NCBI GenBank assembly: GCA_965216325.1
Contig: OZ244160.1
Coordinates: forward strand, 1,120,001 to 1,184,000
Source: Coraliomargarita sp.
GTDB lineage: Bacteria > Verrucomicrobiota > Verrucomicrobiia > Opitutales > Coraliomargaritaceae
Length of the DNA stretch: 64,000 nucleotides
Direction of reading: 5' to 3'
Both the position numbers and the translations under genes were made by a program. Below, one piece after another: positions 63,465 through 64,000 of this stretch. Position 1 is the first letter of the stretch. Each line of letters begins with the position of its first letter. The notes below the pieces were generated by a model. It was not told the origin of the DNA, searched no databases, and worked only from the letters and a program-made list of their open reading frames with translations.

Positions 63465-63905
63465 ATGTCCTTTACTGAAGCACTGCCCACTGTAAACGCC
63501 GCCCTCAATGGCGTCGCGACCTTGATGCTGACCGCTGGTTTCGCATGCATTAAGACGGGCCGTGAGCGTGCCCATCGCAGCTGTATGCTGGGTGCCTTTG
63601 GGGTCTCGATCATCTTTCTGATTTTTTATGTCTTGCACAAGATACTCGTCCAAGGCGTGCATACTGAATTCCTCGGCGAGGGTATCTGGCGCCAAGTGTA
63701 TTATCCAATGCTGGCCAGTCATATCGTGCTAGCCATGGCCATTGTGCCACTGGTCCTGCGCACACTCTTCCTGGCAATCAAGGGTGATCGCGACCGCCAT
63801 AAGGCTTGGGCGCGTTGGACCTTCCCAATCTGGTATTACGTATCCGTCACCGGCGTGCTCGTCTACTGTTTTTTATATCAATGGTTTCAACCTGACTCGC
63901 TGTAA
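63465..63905 (+). CDS. DUF420 (YozB-like) membrane protein, usually found with cytochrome oxidase assembly genes
   Basis: LPTVNAALN, HRSCM, LASHIVLA, HKAWARWTFPIWYYVSVTGV. Confidence 0.88.
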   Translation: MSFTEALPTVNAALNGVATLMLTAGFACIKTGRERAHRSCMLGAFGVSIIFLIFYVLHKILVQGVHTEFLGEGIWRQVYYPMLASHIVLAMAIVPLVLRTLFLAIKGDRDRHKAWARWTFPIWYYVSVTGVLVYCFLYQWFQPDSL

Positions 63906-64000
63906 TAAGATTATCTTGTCAGCTGAAAATTATACTTTCTTATTCTTTATACTACTAACACTAATAGCGCTACCAACGCTGACTTACCCTGACTAACCAA

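Overview
Chromosomal window from a bacterium of moderate GC content, most likely Verrucomicrobiota (Opitutales, Coraliomargarita/Lentimonas-like). That placement is inferred from the PEP-CTERM proteins, the style of the LacI regulator and the SD-poor leaders. The flanks are mostly housekeeping genes: hisG, bcp, argH, mutL, nucleoside catabolism (punA, pdp, deoC), dciA, cysH, galM, uup, glpKD, rhlE, coaD, hemB, a moeB/thiF-rhodanese fusion and ctaA/ctaB. The centre (about 12.9-38.8 kb) is an alpha-glucan (starch/glycogen) utilisation locus with no SusC/SusD pair. It holds an MFS sugar transporter, GH77 malQ, a tandem GH13-CBM48-GH13 protein, two PEP-CTERM proteins, a LacI regulator, a 2785-aa GH13 + GH57-like fusion and two more GH13 enzymes. 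A 13-bp palindrome (TTCAACWGTTGAA-like) recurs seven times in its promoters. A complete class IIC group II intron sits just behind a terminator inside the locus. Other notable signals are two structurally paralogous ~100-nt minus-strand candidate sRNAs flanking dciA, an amidase with all three catalytic-triad positions altered, a MutL with degenerate endonuclease motifs, an inverted-domain photolyase, a TPP riboswitch ahead of a TonB receptor, and a REP doublet. All calls come from motif reading by eye; no database searches were run.
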